From: Zygnema circumcarinatum SAG 698-1b
Taxonomy: Eukaryota; Plantae; Zygnematophyceae
Direction: 5' to 3'
DNA: 64,000 nt
Assembly (NCBI GenBank): GCA_037447605.1
Contig: CM074806.1
Coordinates: 4,402,001-4,466,000, forward strand
Within the stretch, counting starts at the first letter, position 1. Every line of letters starts with the position of its first letter. This document shows, one piece after another, positions 21,057 to 31,782 of the stretch. Below the pieces are notes generated by a model. That model was not told the DNA's origin, did no database searches, and saw only the letters and a program-made list of their open reading frames with translations. Both the position numbers and the translations under genes were made by a program.

Positions 21057-21400
21057 ATGTACATCCTTATCCCAGAGTCCAAAAAAGTACGAGCTACAAA
21101 AGGAATTTGTCTTTACACCCTTACCACCCTATGAAAGAAATCCAATGAGGACATGCCATGTGCCAATGGTACACGTGTCGTTTGGTGATTCGTGCGGATC
21201 GCCACTGGTACAGGCTACATGTATATGAATCCAAAAAACAGTTAAACGGTGGTTTCAACTACAACACGACACGGAACCAACGTTTTCGTTGAAGGAAGGA
21301 GCAAGGAACGCCTCTCCAACCCGCCAGAGTCCCTGCTCTCTCCCTCTCAGGGGGCGCCACGTGGCGGCCTCTACACTCCGCAACAGGACAGCCATGGCTG
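21057..21400 (+). promoter_or_regulatory. Orphan copy of the CRTISO-like gene promoter/5' leader, ending at its ATG (21394)
   Basis: Colinear with 30350-30617 and 36945-37270 (CCAATG..ACACGTG..GGTGATTCG..GCAAGGAACGCCTCTC..GGCGCCAC..GCAACAGG..GCCATGGCTG). Confidence 0.8.
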
Positions 21401-21750
21401 GGTGTGGGGTTGCATTCTTCAGTGGCCGCTACTTTAGAACGATGCGAAAGCGCAAGAGGATGGCTCCTCCAAATTTTGGCCCGTCTAGTGGGATTGCTGG
21501 ATGGTGGCGGCATTGGGAGAGCTTGAGAAGCCTCCTTCAAAACGTTTTTGCAAAACGAATGCAAGAAGTGCCGCAAACTGTTTAGTAGCTCGTTATAATG
21601 TTGGGGTGGCATGGTCATCATGGGTCGTGAAAGGTTGGCCCCAGATTTAAGCCCCCAGTGTTGGGCCTCCAGTGCTTTTTGTGTCATCGATTTGCCCCAT
21701 TTTACCTCAAACTAGTCACAAGAAGTGAAGTATTATTCCGTACGGTACGG
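21397..21750. repeat. Dispersed repeat 'module B' downstream of mTERF copies (other copies ~26611-26978 and ~33316-33700)
   Basis: Three colinear copies, e.g. GGCCGCTACTTTAGAA..GCGAAAGCGCAAGAGGATGGCTCCTCC..GGCCCGTCTAGTGGGATTGCTGGAT. Confidence 0.85.
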
Positions 21751-22017
21751 TGATCAGGCAGCCGTAACTATTGGAGACTTCCAGGAAGCTTCCTGGACAT
21801 GTCTCTCTCTCTCTCACTCTAAAACAATGAAGCCCGAATAACAAATGCGCATTTCTTTGTGGTTTTCTTCTTTTCCTTTTTTTTTTTTTTTATGGAACGA
21901 AAGGTCACGTGGGGAGTTCAACTGACAGCATTGCCATAGCCAAACATACACAAAAAAAAAAAAAGTCTTTGGGCCTTACAATGCTCTCTCAGCACATGTT
22001 CAAACCACAGCTCCAAC

Positions 22018-23208
22018 TTACATCTGTTGCGGTATCAAGTGCACTTTAAACTTGTCCATAAAAGCAGCGTTCGTATATCTGAACAACAACCCCAGAGCAT
22101 ACTTTTTGTGATCAATTCCGGCCTCCACCAGCGCCCTGTACCTCGGCTTCAGCCGCTTCTCAAGAGATAAGCGCAGTATGTATGGGTCCATGTGGAGCTC
22201 CTCCTTGCTACGGCCCATCTCAGTCAATACGAAGTCAATCTTGGATTTAATAGTATCCCAAGACATGCTAAGCAGTGAGGAGTTCGCTTTCACCATTCTC
22301 AAGGCTGGAACGTCCCCGAAGTGCTGCTTCAGCTGCTTATACGTGTTATCCATTGTGCCCCATGGTGCTACTAGCATACTTGCGTTACACTGCAGCACTT
22401 TCTGAGCACTATCGGGCCCGAAAATCCCCTCCAATCCAGCCACAACATCCTTCAAGTGATGGCCCTTTTTTCTAACGATGGAGGGGAAAAGAAAAAACAA
22501 TCTCCCTCCTGCCTCGTCAGGGAAGGTCGACCTCACAGCCTCAACTCCCTCCTTTATTGTTTCAGGACTGCAGCGGAGAATGTGTGGGTACGTCTCCAGC
22601 ATGGCGCCTGTGACAGGGACGCCTAACTCCTTGAATAGACGAGCCTTCGCCTCAAGAGTCTGCACACGGTTAGTTAAAATTTCCGGCATTTTTCTTATCA
22701 CCTGCCCTAAGTTCGTCACCTTCATAGTGTTCCGAAGGAACTCGATCACGGGTTCCTGCCTCTCATCTGGAGCGAGAAGCAAGTTGTTGTGCCAGAAGCT
22801 GCGCTCTAATGCGTTGAAAAAGTCGTGGGAGTTGACCCCATGGCTCTGGAAGAAAGCTGCTTTAGGGAGGATATGCTTATAGCCCCTTACAAGGACACTC
22901 CTCTTCTTATCAACTATGCGGTGGACTTGCTGCTGAGTGCATCCCAAGCTCAGGAGAGCATCCACTGCTTCTCGGAGAGTCCTCGTAGATTCCGCAGCTT
23001 CGTCCTCATCCACGGTGGCTCTGCCTGCACTCGCTTTGTCAAGTTTTTTTCCCTCCTTGCTGCTGCTGCTGCTGCTGCTGTACCCATGGCGCCCTTGAAG
23101 GGACTGAGTGCAAGAGAGCTGTTCAAGGGATGGATGATACCATGGTAGGCGGAACGGAGATCCGTTCCAAACGGTCCGGCGAAAAAAAGGAAGAAAGGAA
23201 GCCGCCAT
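22018..23208 (-). CDS. mTERF: mTERF-family protein, copy 1, single long ORF with an N-terminal organellar transit-peptide-like sequence
   Basis: Likely start is MAASFLPFFRRTVW (the ORF track begins at an upstream GTG). Repeated mTERF motifs (KMPEILTNRVQTLEAK, YPHILRCSPETIK, PYILRLSLEKRLKPRYRAL). Confidence 0.9.
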   Translation of the reverse strand: MAASFLPFFRRTVWNGSPFRLPWYHPSLEQLSCTQSLQGRHGYSSSSSSSKEGKKLDKASAGRATVDEDEAAESTRTLREAVDALLSLGCTQQQVHRIVDKKRSVLVRGYKHILPKAAFFQSHGVNSHDFFNALERSFWHNNLLLAPDERQEPVIEFLRNTMKVTNLGQVIRKMPEILTNRVQTLEAKARLFKELGVPVTGAMLETYPHILRCSPETIKEGVEAVRSTFPDEAGGRLFFLFPSIVRKKGHHLKDVVAGLEGIFGPDSAQKVLQCNASMLVAPWGTMDNTYKQLKQHFGDVPALRMVKANSSLLSMSWDTIKSKIDFVLTEMGRSKEELHMDPYILRLSLEKRLKPRYRALVEAGIDHKKYALGLLFRYTNAAFMDKFKVHLIPQQM

Positions 23209-23314
23209 GGCGCGAACTTCTGAAGCATGCGGCCGCTGATAGAGAGTCACTTCCTCATGTCTTGCTGCACAAGGCTTCCAGCACTCAACCCTAATCTGTT
23301 AGAGCCAATTCTGA

Positions 23315-23368
23315 CCCTAATCCTTACCCTAATCCTAACCCTAACGCAAACCCTAACCCTAACCTTAA
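23315..23368 (-). repeat. Degenerate telomere-like (TTAGGG)~9 array upstream of mTERF copy 1 (also ~28812-28866 and ~36582-36636)
   Basis: + strand reads CCCTAA TCCTTA CCCTAA TCCTAA CCCTAA CGCAAA CCCTAA CCCTAA CCTTAA, a 6-bp period. Confidence 0.85.
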
Positions 23369-23464
23369 GCATGAGCTTGACCTCGCTCTAAAATCGTTCG
23401 CCATATCTCTAATCTGAGCCCTCTCCTGCCCGATATCATGCATTGACCTTGTTGTTAGCAATGC

Positions 23465-24196
23465 AAAAATGAAATCAGAAAGACATTACAGTACTGTAAA
23501 CGAGACAATCCAATACACTCCTATGCGTTGTATGGTCGGCATTATTAAATGCATTATCACATTTGGCATTCCCATGGTGATAGTAATGCACATTTCTCGC
23601 CCATTATCACCAATTGCACTCTCATCATTACTATCAAAAGGGGAAGAAAGAGGCGCACTGAGGGATGCGAGGCTGCAGAAGTGCAGAAGAACCTGCTTAC
23701 TGTACTATCCCCATTGCATAAAAAGTAAAATGTCACACAACATGGAACTGTTGCCGCACTGTGGAAAGACGCACTCCGGCACTGCAACGGGCCTGCAACT
23801 GCAACACGAACTGACCGTGTGCTACGCGTTGCATGGAACGGGTCACACGTGCCGCTCCCTTCAACGAGCGCCTGGCGCGGGTCCCCCTTGAGCATTTTGA
23901 CCTTTCTTGGGTCATGGTTTGATGATTATTGCAACGGAAATTAAATTTGGGCACACGCAGAGCACGGCAGTGCGAGATGCTATGTTCGGAAAAAACTGCA
24001 TTTCACGGACACTCATTTTGATGTAAATTTCGAGTTTTTGTACGAGAATCGAACAAACAAACAAACACAAACCAGAAGAACTTTTGCATACACAAACGGT
24101 AACAATGTTCGACCTGCCGTAGAAACAACAACACAATGCCCTCCTCCCTGACCTGCTAACTAAGCACAACTTTTTTTATTTATAGCCGATCATTAA
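23465..24196. repeat. Dispersed repeat 'module C' upstream of mTERF copies (also ~28965-29692; partial copies 26985-27459 and 36710-36945)
   Basis: Colinear copies. 23941-24256 appears identical to 29437-29752 by eye. Confidence 0.85.
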
Positions 24197-24731
24197 GTAG
24201 CAGAAAGGGTAAAATGGCATTGAACTCACGATGGCGAGGCCATCAAATGTACATGGACAACATCAGCATGGAGAACCACGAGGAACTAACCGGTGGCAAG
24301 CACCTAAGCACAAAGGATTAAAGATAGGAGCGGAAAACTACGCCTAGGCGCACCAACGCAGCCCTCCCTCGAAGCAGCCGCTGAGGTCACCGATGTGCGC
24401 CAAATCGCGCGGAGGGAGGGAGGGAGGGAGGGAGCGGCGGAAGGCCACCGCAAGAGCGATGGGCGCACTAACCAAACGGCGTCGTCGAGGCAACAAAGAA
24501 ACCTCAACAGCCATAGGAACAAACTCGTCGGCTCCCTCCTCGCGATGTGATGGGATGTGCCGCTCATCGATCGGTGACCCGGGTGCTTCTAGTGCCGTGT
24601 TGTGAGCCTAGAAGCAGATTTCCATTTCGAGGCTTTTCTCGTTTTCCTTCGGTCCTTTGTGACCGCTTCCACTGGAACCCTGTGTTGATTTTATCCATAT
24701 ACATTTGATGGCCTTGCCATCGTGAGTTCAA
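24197..24731. mobile_element. Non-autonomous long-TIR element (MITE-like), copy 1
   Basis: TTGAACTCACGATGGCGAGGCCATCAAATGTACATGGA near the left end and its reverse complement TCCATATACATTTGATGGCCTTGCCATCGTGAGTTCAA at the right end. No coding capacity. Confidence 0.75.
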
Positions 24732-25227
24732 CTAAATGAATGTTGTTTCTCGTTCTCTACGTCGATTGTAATGTACGGATGTAAGGTCGTACGGTAGAAC
24801 TGTACTGCTAATGGCTGGATTCAAGCTAGAAGGCGTTCAATGGCAATGGTTGTACGCTCGTTTAAGAAGTGTTCTCAAACTCAGAAATCAATGGAATCGT
24901 TAATTCATCATTTTAAAGATATTTGAACGTTCTAACTCTGGAATCTGAAACTCTAAAAGTCGCTTGTACAGACAAGTGTACTTGTGTCACACTAGGCGAC
25001 ACATCTGTATAACAGCTTGATGGTGGGTGTGCTGTTTTTTTCTGGTAAAATCAGATTGATAACCGATCTTACGTCGTTCCATGAGATGAGGATTTGGGGG
25101 CGTTTAGAGTAAGCTTTCAGTGTTAATGTCGAGTTTATGGACGATTCGAGATCAAGAGTGTTTTAGTCTACGCTTTTAGTTGTTGTTGTTGAGCTCATCA
25201 ACAGTGGCGTGTGATGGCTCTCTCCAG

Positions 25228-26285
25228 GTTGAGGTCATGCAACCAATGTCAATGTCCTGTTGGGCAACGGGCGTTTCTATGCAGTGCAAACCAATGCTCG
25301 GCTGGCTGCAGTTGAGGCACAGCTGAAGGAACTGCAGTTGCAGGACAAGCTGTTGGCCCCCGGAGACGTCCTTCCTTAAAGGGGTGAACGGGTGATCGCC
25401 TTTTTCAGTGGCGACAACAGTTGGGCCAGGGGGCTGGTGAGGATGCCTGGCCTGACTTCTCACTTAAAAATCAGAGTCAAGTCGAGTTTCGTACAGAGGT
25501 ATCAAGACTGAAGCGCACTATGTGCTTCCTATCTGTTAGTTGCAGATCGCTATCTCAACGGTATCCCAAGCTTATTGCAGACTGTGCATCCAAACCACAG
25601 GTCGTGAATGCTCCTCGGCCGGAGGAGACTGCTTCTGGAAGTGCAGAATACGAAATCTTTTATAATGACTATGGCAATCAGGAAGTCCTGCCCCTCTCTC
25701 GGCTACGACGCATCCATCCTTCAATGGCTGCAAGTGACGGCTTGGCCCTTCTATGCCAGCTGGCTCTCGTCCGCATCCCGAAACTTGAAGAGGACTTTGG
25801 AATGGAGGCGGCGGAGTGGTTGGGACGAAACATTGTGGGCCAAAAATATGTGGCATGGATTGAAGAAAGAGATTGGAGCAATGGGAAGGTGAAGGTGAAG
25901 GGGCAGGTGACCGGCCCCTGCCTCCTCGTCACACTCGTTCAAGCTGAGGCACCTTCCGGAACTCCTCCCATCTGCATCAACGCACAGATGCTACAGGTCA
26001 GTTCTTCGCATCCCTCGACGGCTGCCATACAATCTTCAAAGAAAAGGTTTTGGTTTACTTGTGGAATGGTCGGTTTGAAGACACCTTATGATGTAGAATG
26101 AAAGGGGGATGCGGTAATAGATGCAGGAGGGCTTTGCTCGCCTGGCAAAACGAGAGAGGCGTGATAGCGTGGAGTGAAGGGCGGCGCTGGACTGTCTGAA
26201 GGACCATGAGGAGGTAGCTGAACATGAGGCAGGACAGAGACATTGATGACGACGATGACGATCAGCGGCCGAAGTGGGGCCCACC
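25228..26285 (+). pseudogene. TSN: Tudor-SN (staphylococcal nuclease/Tudor) pseudogene fragment, last three exons with introns
   Basis: Exon 25228-25436 (LLGNGRFY..LP*RGERVIAFFSGDNSWARG, TAA at 25377), exon 25601-25996 (YEIFYNDYGNQEV..LCQLALVRIPKLEEDFG..EERD..INAQMLQ) and exon from 26127 (EGFARL..*RAALDCLK, TGA at 26175). Matches the plant Tudor-SN C-terminus. No 5' part is adjacent. Confidence 0.88.
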
Positions 26286-26344
26286 TCGTCAGTAGTTGCA
26301 GCCTCGACAGTTGCAGGGTGGCGGGGGTTGGTTCTCAAGGTGTG

Positions 26345-26484
26345 GGCGCCCCCTTATGGCGCCCCCTTATGGCGCCCCCTTATGGCGCCCCCTTATGGCG
26401 CCCCCTTATGGCGCCCCCTTATGGCGCCCCCTTATGGCGCCCCCTTATGGCGCCCCCTTATGGCGCCCCCTTATGGCGCCCCCT
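26345..26484. repeat. Perfect 13-bp minisatellite (GGCGCCCCCTTAT) x10 plus a partial unit
   Basis: Ten identical units from 26345 to 26474, then GGCGCCCCCT. Confidence 0.97.
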
Positions 26485-27469
26485 GGCATGAGGCCCTCGT
26501 GTGGCCGGAGACGAAGTTTTGGGGGCGGTGCGAGGAATAACGCGAGGGGTGGTTGCTTTTAAGTTCTTTTGCTTTTTTAGGGGCCGAAAGGCGGCACCCC
26601 TTGAGCACCTTCAGCTCCTAAAAATGCTTCGCTGTGTGTGGGGTTGCAATCTTCTATGGCCGCTACTTTAGAAAGACGCGAAAGCGCAAGAGGATGGCTC
26701 CTCCAATTTTTGGCCCGTCTAGTGGGATTGCTGGATGGTGGCGGCATTGGGAAATCTTGAGAGAGCCTTCTTCCTACCTCTTTTGCAAAGCGAATGCAAG
26801 AAGTGCCGCAAACTGTTCTGTAGCTCGTACGAATGTTGGGGTGACATGGTCATCGCGGGTCGTGGAAGGTTGGTCCCAGTTTTAAGCGCCCTGTGTTGGG
26901 GCTTCAGTGTTTTTTGCGTCATCGGTTTGCTCCATTCTACCTCCACCCAGTCACACGTCGTGAAGAGCTATTCCGTACAAAGCGCCGGCTTACTGTACAG
27001 TACTGCGCCCCCCATTGCATCCAATTTAAACTGTCACACAACATGGAACTGTTGCCGCACTGTGGAAAGACGACACGCCGGCACTGTAACGGCACTGTAA
27101 CTGGAACACGAACTGGCCGATAATCCGCGTTGCATGGAACGGAACACACATGCCGCTCCATTCAACGAGGGCCCGGCGCGGGTTCCATTTTGGAGCAATT
27201 TGAACTTTGGGTCGTGGTTTGATGATGACTGCAACGGGCATTGAAATTGGGCACACGCAGAGCACAGCAGTGCGAGATGAGATGTACGAAAAAAACTGCA
27301 TTTCACGGGCACTCGTTTTCAGTGAAAACTACGAGAATCAAACAAACAACGACCGAACCAAAAGAACCTTTGCATACACAAACGGTAACAAGGTTCGATC
27401 AACCGTAGAATCAACAATGCCCTCCCTCCCTGGTCTGCTGTCTAAGCACAACTTTTTTTGCCTCACGCA

Positions 27470-28545
27470 TCACCCTGGTATAAGCTGCCCTCTGTCCACC
27501 TCCTCATCCTCAGTATCCTCAGGTATCAAGTGCACTTTAAACTCGTCCATAAAAGCATCGTTCGTAGTTCTGAATATCAACCCCAGAGCATACTTCTTCT
27601 GATCAATTCCGGCCTCCACCAGCGCCCTGTACCTCGGCTTCAGCCGCTTCTCAAGAGATAAGCGCAGTATGTATGGGTCCATGTGGAGCTCCTCCTTGCT
27701 ACGGCCCATCTCAGTCAGTACGAAGTCAATCTTGGACTTGATGGTATCCCAAGACATGCTAAGCAGTGAGGGCTTCACTTTCACCATTTTCAAGGCTGGA
27801 AGGTCCCCGAAGCACTGCTTCAGCTGCTTATACGTGTTATCCATTGTGTCCCGTGGTATTGATAACATACGTGGGTTGTGAAACACTTTCTGAGATCTAT
27901 CGGGCCCGAAAATCCCCTCCAATCCAGCCACAACGTCCTTGAAGTGATGGCCCTTTTTTCTAACGATGGAGGGGAAAAGAAAGAGCACATCCTCTCCTGC
28001 CGCGTAAGGGAAGGTCGACCTCACAGCCTCAACTCCCTCCTTCATTGTTTCAGGACTGTAGGAGAGAATGTTTGGGAAGGTCTCCATCATGGCGCCTGTG
28101 ACAGGGACGCCTAACTCCTTGAATAGACGAGCCTTCGCCTCAAGAGTCTGCACACGGTTACCCCAAATTCCCGGCATTTTTCCTATCACCTTTCCTAAGT
28201 TCGTCACCTTCACAGTGTTCCGAAGGAACTCGATCACGCCTTCATACCTCTCATCTGGAGTGAGGAGGAAGTTGCTCTTCAAGAAGCTGCGCTCTAATGC
28301 GTTGAAAAAGTCGTGGGAGTTGACCCCATGGCTCTGGAAGAAAGCTGCTTTAGGAAGGATATGCTTATAGCCCCTTATAAGAACACTCCTCTTCTTATCA
28401 ACTATGCGGTGGACTTGCTGCTCCGTGCATCCTAAGCTCAGGAGAGCGTCCACTGCTTCTCGGAGAGCCCTTGCCGAATTCGCAGCTTTTTCCTCAGCCC
28501 TGGTAGCTCTGCCTGCAGTCGCTTTGTCAAGTTTTTTTTCCTCCT

Positions 28546-28577
<32 letters not shown>

Positions 28578-28705
28578 TATCCATGGCGCCCTTGAAGGGA
28601 CTGAGTGCAAGTGAGCTGTTCAAGGGATGGATGGTACCATGGTAGGCGGAACGGAGATCCGTTCCAAACGGTCCGGCGGTAAAAAGGAAGAATGGAAGCC
28701 GCCAT
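27470..28705 (-). CDS. mTERF: mTERF-family protein, copy 2, with a novel acidic C-terminal tail
   Basis: Intact ORF from MAASILPFYRR, colinear with copy 1. Ends ..HLIPEDTEDEEVDRGQLIPG* instead of ..HLIPQQM*. Confidence 0.9.
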
Positions 28706-29692
28706 GGCGCGGACTTCTGAAGCATGCGGCCGCTGATAGAGAGTCACTTCCTCATTTCTTGCTGCCCAAGGCTTCCAGCACTCAACCCTAATCTGTTAGA
28801 ACCAACTCTGACCCTAATCCTTCCTCTAATCCTAATCCTACCACAAACCCTAACCCTAACCTCAAGCATGAGCTCGACCTGACTCTAAAATCATTCGCCA
28901 TATCTCTAATCTGAGCCCTCTCCTTCCCGATAACATGCATTGACCTTCTTGTTAGCAATGCAAAATTGAAATCAGAAAGACATTACAGTTCTGTATCCGA
29001 GTCAATCCATTACACTCCTATGCGGTGTATTGTCGGCGTTATTAAATGCATTATCACATTTGGCATTCCTGAGGTGATATTAATGCACATTGCTCGCCCA
29101 TTATCACCAATTGCACTCTCATCATTACTATCGAAAGGGGAAGAAAGAGGCGCACTGAGGGATGCGAGGCTGCAGAAGTGCAGAAGAACCTGCTTACTGT
29201 ACTATCCCCATTGCATAAAAAGTAAAATGTCACACAACATGGAACTGTTGCCGCACTGTGGAAAGACGCACTCCGGCACTGCAACGGAACTGCGACTGAA
29301 CACGAGCTGACCGTGTGCTACGCGTTGCATGGAACGGGTCACACGTGCCGCTCCCTTCAACGAGCGCCTGGCGCGGGTCCCCCTTGAGCATTTTGACCTT
29401 TCTTGGGTCATGGTTTGATGATTATTGCAACGGAAATTAAATTTGGGCACACGCAGAGCACGGCAGTGCGAGATGCTATGTTCGGAAAAAACTGCATTTC
29501 ACGGACACTCATTTTGATGTAAATTTCGAGTTTTTGTACGAGAATCGAACAAACAAACAAACACAAACCAGAAGAACTTTTGCATACACAAACGGTAACA
29601 ATGTTCGACCTGCCGTAGAAACAACAACACAATGCCCTCCTCCCTGACCTGCTAACTAAGCACAACTTTTTTTATTTATAGCCGATCATTAA

Positions 29693-30288
29693 GTAGCAGA
29701 AAGGGTAAAATGGCATTGAACTCACGATGGCGAGGCCATCAAATGTACATGGCCAACATCAGCACGGGGAACCACGAAGAACTAACCGTGGCAAAGGACC
29801 CAAGCACAATAGAAAAAAGATAGGAGCGGAAAACTACGCCTAGGCGCACCAGCGCAGCCCTCCCTCGAAGCAGGCGCTGAGGTCACCGATGTGCGCCAAA
29901 TCGCGCGGAGGGAGGGAGGGAGGGAGGGAGGGAGGGAGGGAGGGAGCGGCGGAAGGCCACCGACACGAGCGATGGGCGCACTAACCAAGGAAAGGCATCC
30001 AAACGGGCCTCGTCGAGGCATCCAAGAAATCGCAACAGCCATAGGAACAAACTCGTCGGTCACGTCATGTCACGTCTCCCTCGTCGCGATGTGCCTCACA
30101 TCGGTGTCCTTCGCGGCTGCTTCTAGGGGCTGCGTTGTGCGCCTAGGCGTAGTTTTCCGCTCCTAGCTTCGTTCTATTGTGCTCAGGTCCTTTGCGACCA
30201 GTCCCTCGTGGTTCCACATCATGCTTTTGTCCAGTTACATTTGATGGCCTCGCCATCGTGAGTTCAATGGAATTTCCTATTCTCCTAC
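29693..30288. mobile_element. Non-autonomous long-TIR element (MITE-like), copy 2, with ~170-bp imperfect TIRs and a possible TAA TSD
   Basis: Left GTAGCAGAAAGGGTAAAATGGCATTGAACTCACGATGGCGAGGCCATCAAATG..GGAGCGGAAAACTACGCCTAGGCGCAC pairs with the reverse complement of the right end. TAA lies at 29690-92 and 30289-91. Confidence 0.8.
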
Positions 30289-30612
30289 TAAGTAGCTCTT
30301 GCGATGGCAAATCTAACTGTCTTGTTAGGAGCCCATTACCTAAAAAAGTCTCCCAATGAGTCTACGACACGTGTCCAATGGTACACGTGTCGATTGGTGA
30401 TTCGTGTTTTTTGGCTACTGGAACAAGTTCCATGTACATGAATACAACAAGCCGTTACACGCTGATCTCAACTAGGACGTGACACGGAACCAACGTTCAC
30501 TGAACGGAGGAGCAAGGAACGCCTCTCTCTAACCCGCCAGTCCCTACTCTCTCTCTCACATGGGAGGCGCCACTTGCCGGCCTCTAGTGAATCCTCTGCA
30601 ACAGGGCCAGCC

Positions 30613-31782
30613 ATGGCTGCTGCTCTTTTTCTCCCCCTTCTCACTGCCCATTGTAACGATTTTCTTAGACCTAACTTCCTTCTCTCAGAGGGAATCCGCC
30701 ACCCTCACAAATCTCAAATTAGGGTTGGCTCTGAAAACCACCACGCGGCAGCAGTACGCATGCTTTCTGGGCTCACAATCGCTAGGAGCGCCACACGGTG
30801 CAGACATAGGGCTTCCGTGGCAATTTATGATATTGCAAATTGGTCAGGGGAGAAGGATTCTATGGATGGAGGAGAAGACGAGGGGTTTCAGGGCGAGGAA
30901 GGAGAGGCAGCGCTTAAGGAGTCGGTGCTGCCGGAAGAAGTGGATGTAGTGGTAATAGGGGCCGGGCTTGGTGGTATATGCTGCGCTGCTCTGCTCGCCA
31001 AGTATGGCCTCAGGTACGTGCCAGCATGCAAACCCGGAACGCATTGTTTAGGTTTGTATGGATTGGAGTCATGCGGTAATGCTGAAGGTGTGCAAATACA
31101 GGTTCCCGGATGCGGAGTTTCTTCTCTCGATGTGTCTCTTCACCTTTCTCTGACCCCCCTTCCTCTCCCTTTCGTCTCTCCCAACTCGTCTCTTTCCCCT
31201 CTTTCCTTCTCTTCCTCTCTATCTTCCTCTCCCTCGACATGTCCTGCTCCCGCTCCCTCCCTTTCCTCTCCATCCCCTTCTCACTCCCTCTCTTCTCTCT
31301 TCTCTCTTCTCTTCTTTTTCATTGCCAATTTTTCTCCCCCTCCCCCTCGCTCCTCTTCTCTCCCCCTTCCCTCGCTACTCCCCCCTCCCCCTTCCCTTGC
31401 CCCTCCCCCTTTCTCCCACCCCCCTCCATCCTCCCCCTACTTTCCCTCCCCATTTCCCCTTTCCCATCNNNNNNNNNNCCCCCCCCCCCCCCCCCCCCTC
31501 TTCAGCCCTCTCGCCCCCCTCCTCAGCCCTCTTTCCCCCCCCTCCTCAGCCCTCCGCCCCCCCTCCCCCCTCTCTCTCTCTCTCAATCTTTCGAGTATCT
31601 GACGACGGCAGAGGGAGGGGGGAGGGAGGATAGGGGTGCCGAGCAGTGTGGGGGTCTGCGAGAGTCACACGATCCCTGGAGGCGCCGCTCACTCCTTTGT
31701 TCGCCGCGGTTTCCACTTCGACTCCGGACCGTCCTTCCACGCCGGCTTGTCCTTGGACAAATCCCTTAACCCGTTGAAACAG
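30613..31782 (+). pseudogene. 5' fragment (exons 1-2 only) of the CRTISO-like oxidoreductase gene
   Basis: Exon 1 30613-31013 (..VVVIGAGLGGICCAALLAKYGL) and exon 2 31647-31782 (VGVCESHTIPGGAAHSF..DSGPS). Homology to the full copy stops at ~31809. An N-gap lies in the intron. Confidence 0.85.

Noticed and set aside
23469-24169. Repeated short ORFs in module C (e.g. MKSERHYS.., MCLVSRSG..) as a small gene family
   Set aside because: Frames are not conserved across all copies (indels, truncations) and no domain is recognisable. Treated as a non-coding repeat.
25377-26177. In-frame TAA/TGA in Tudor-SN as possible stop-codon reassignment or selenocysteine
   Set aside because: Intact genes here end in TAA (ISCA2), TAG (MAPK) and TGA (DUF2358). 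The fragment also has frameshifts and deletions, so it is a pseudogene.
26243-26562. 13-bp array as a CRISPR array or as repetitive proteins (PPYGAPLWRPLMA)n
   Set aside because: There are no spacers and no cas genes, and the context is eukaryotic. The ORFs arise only because the unit has no stop codons on the + strand.
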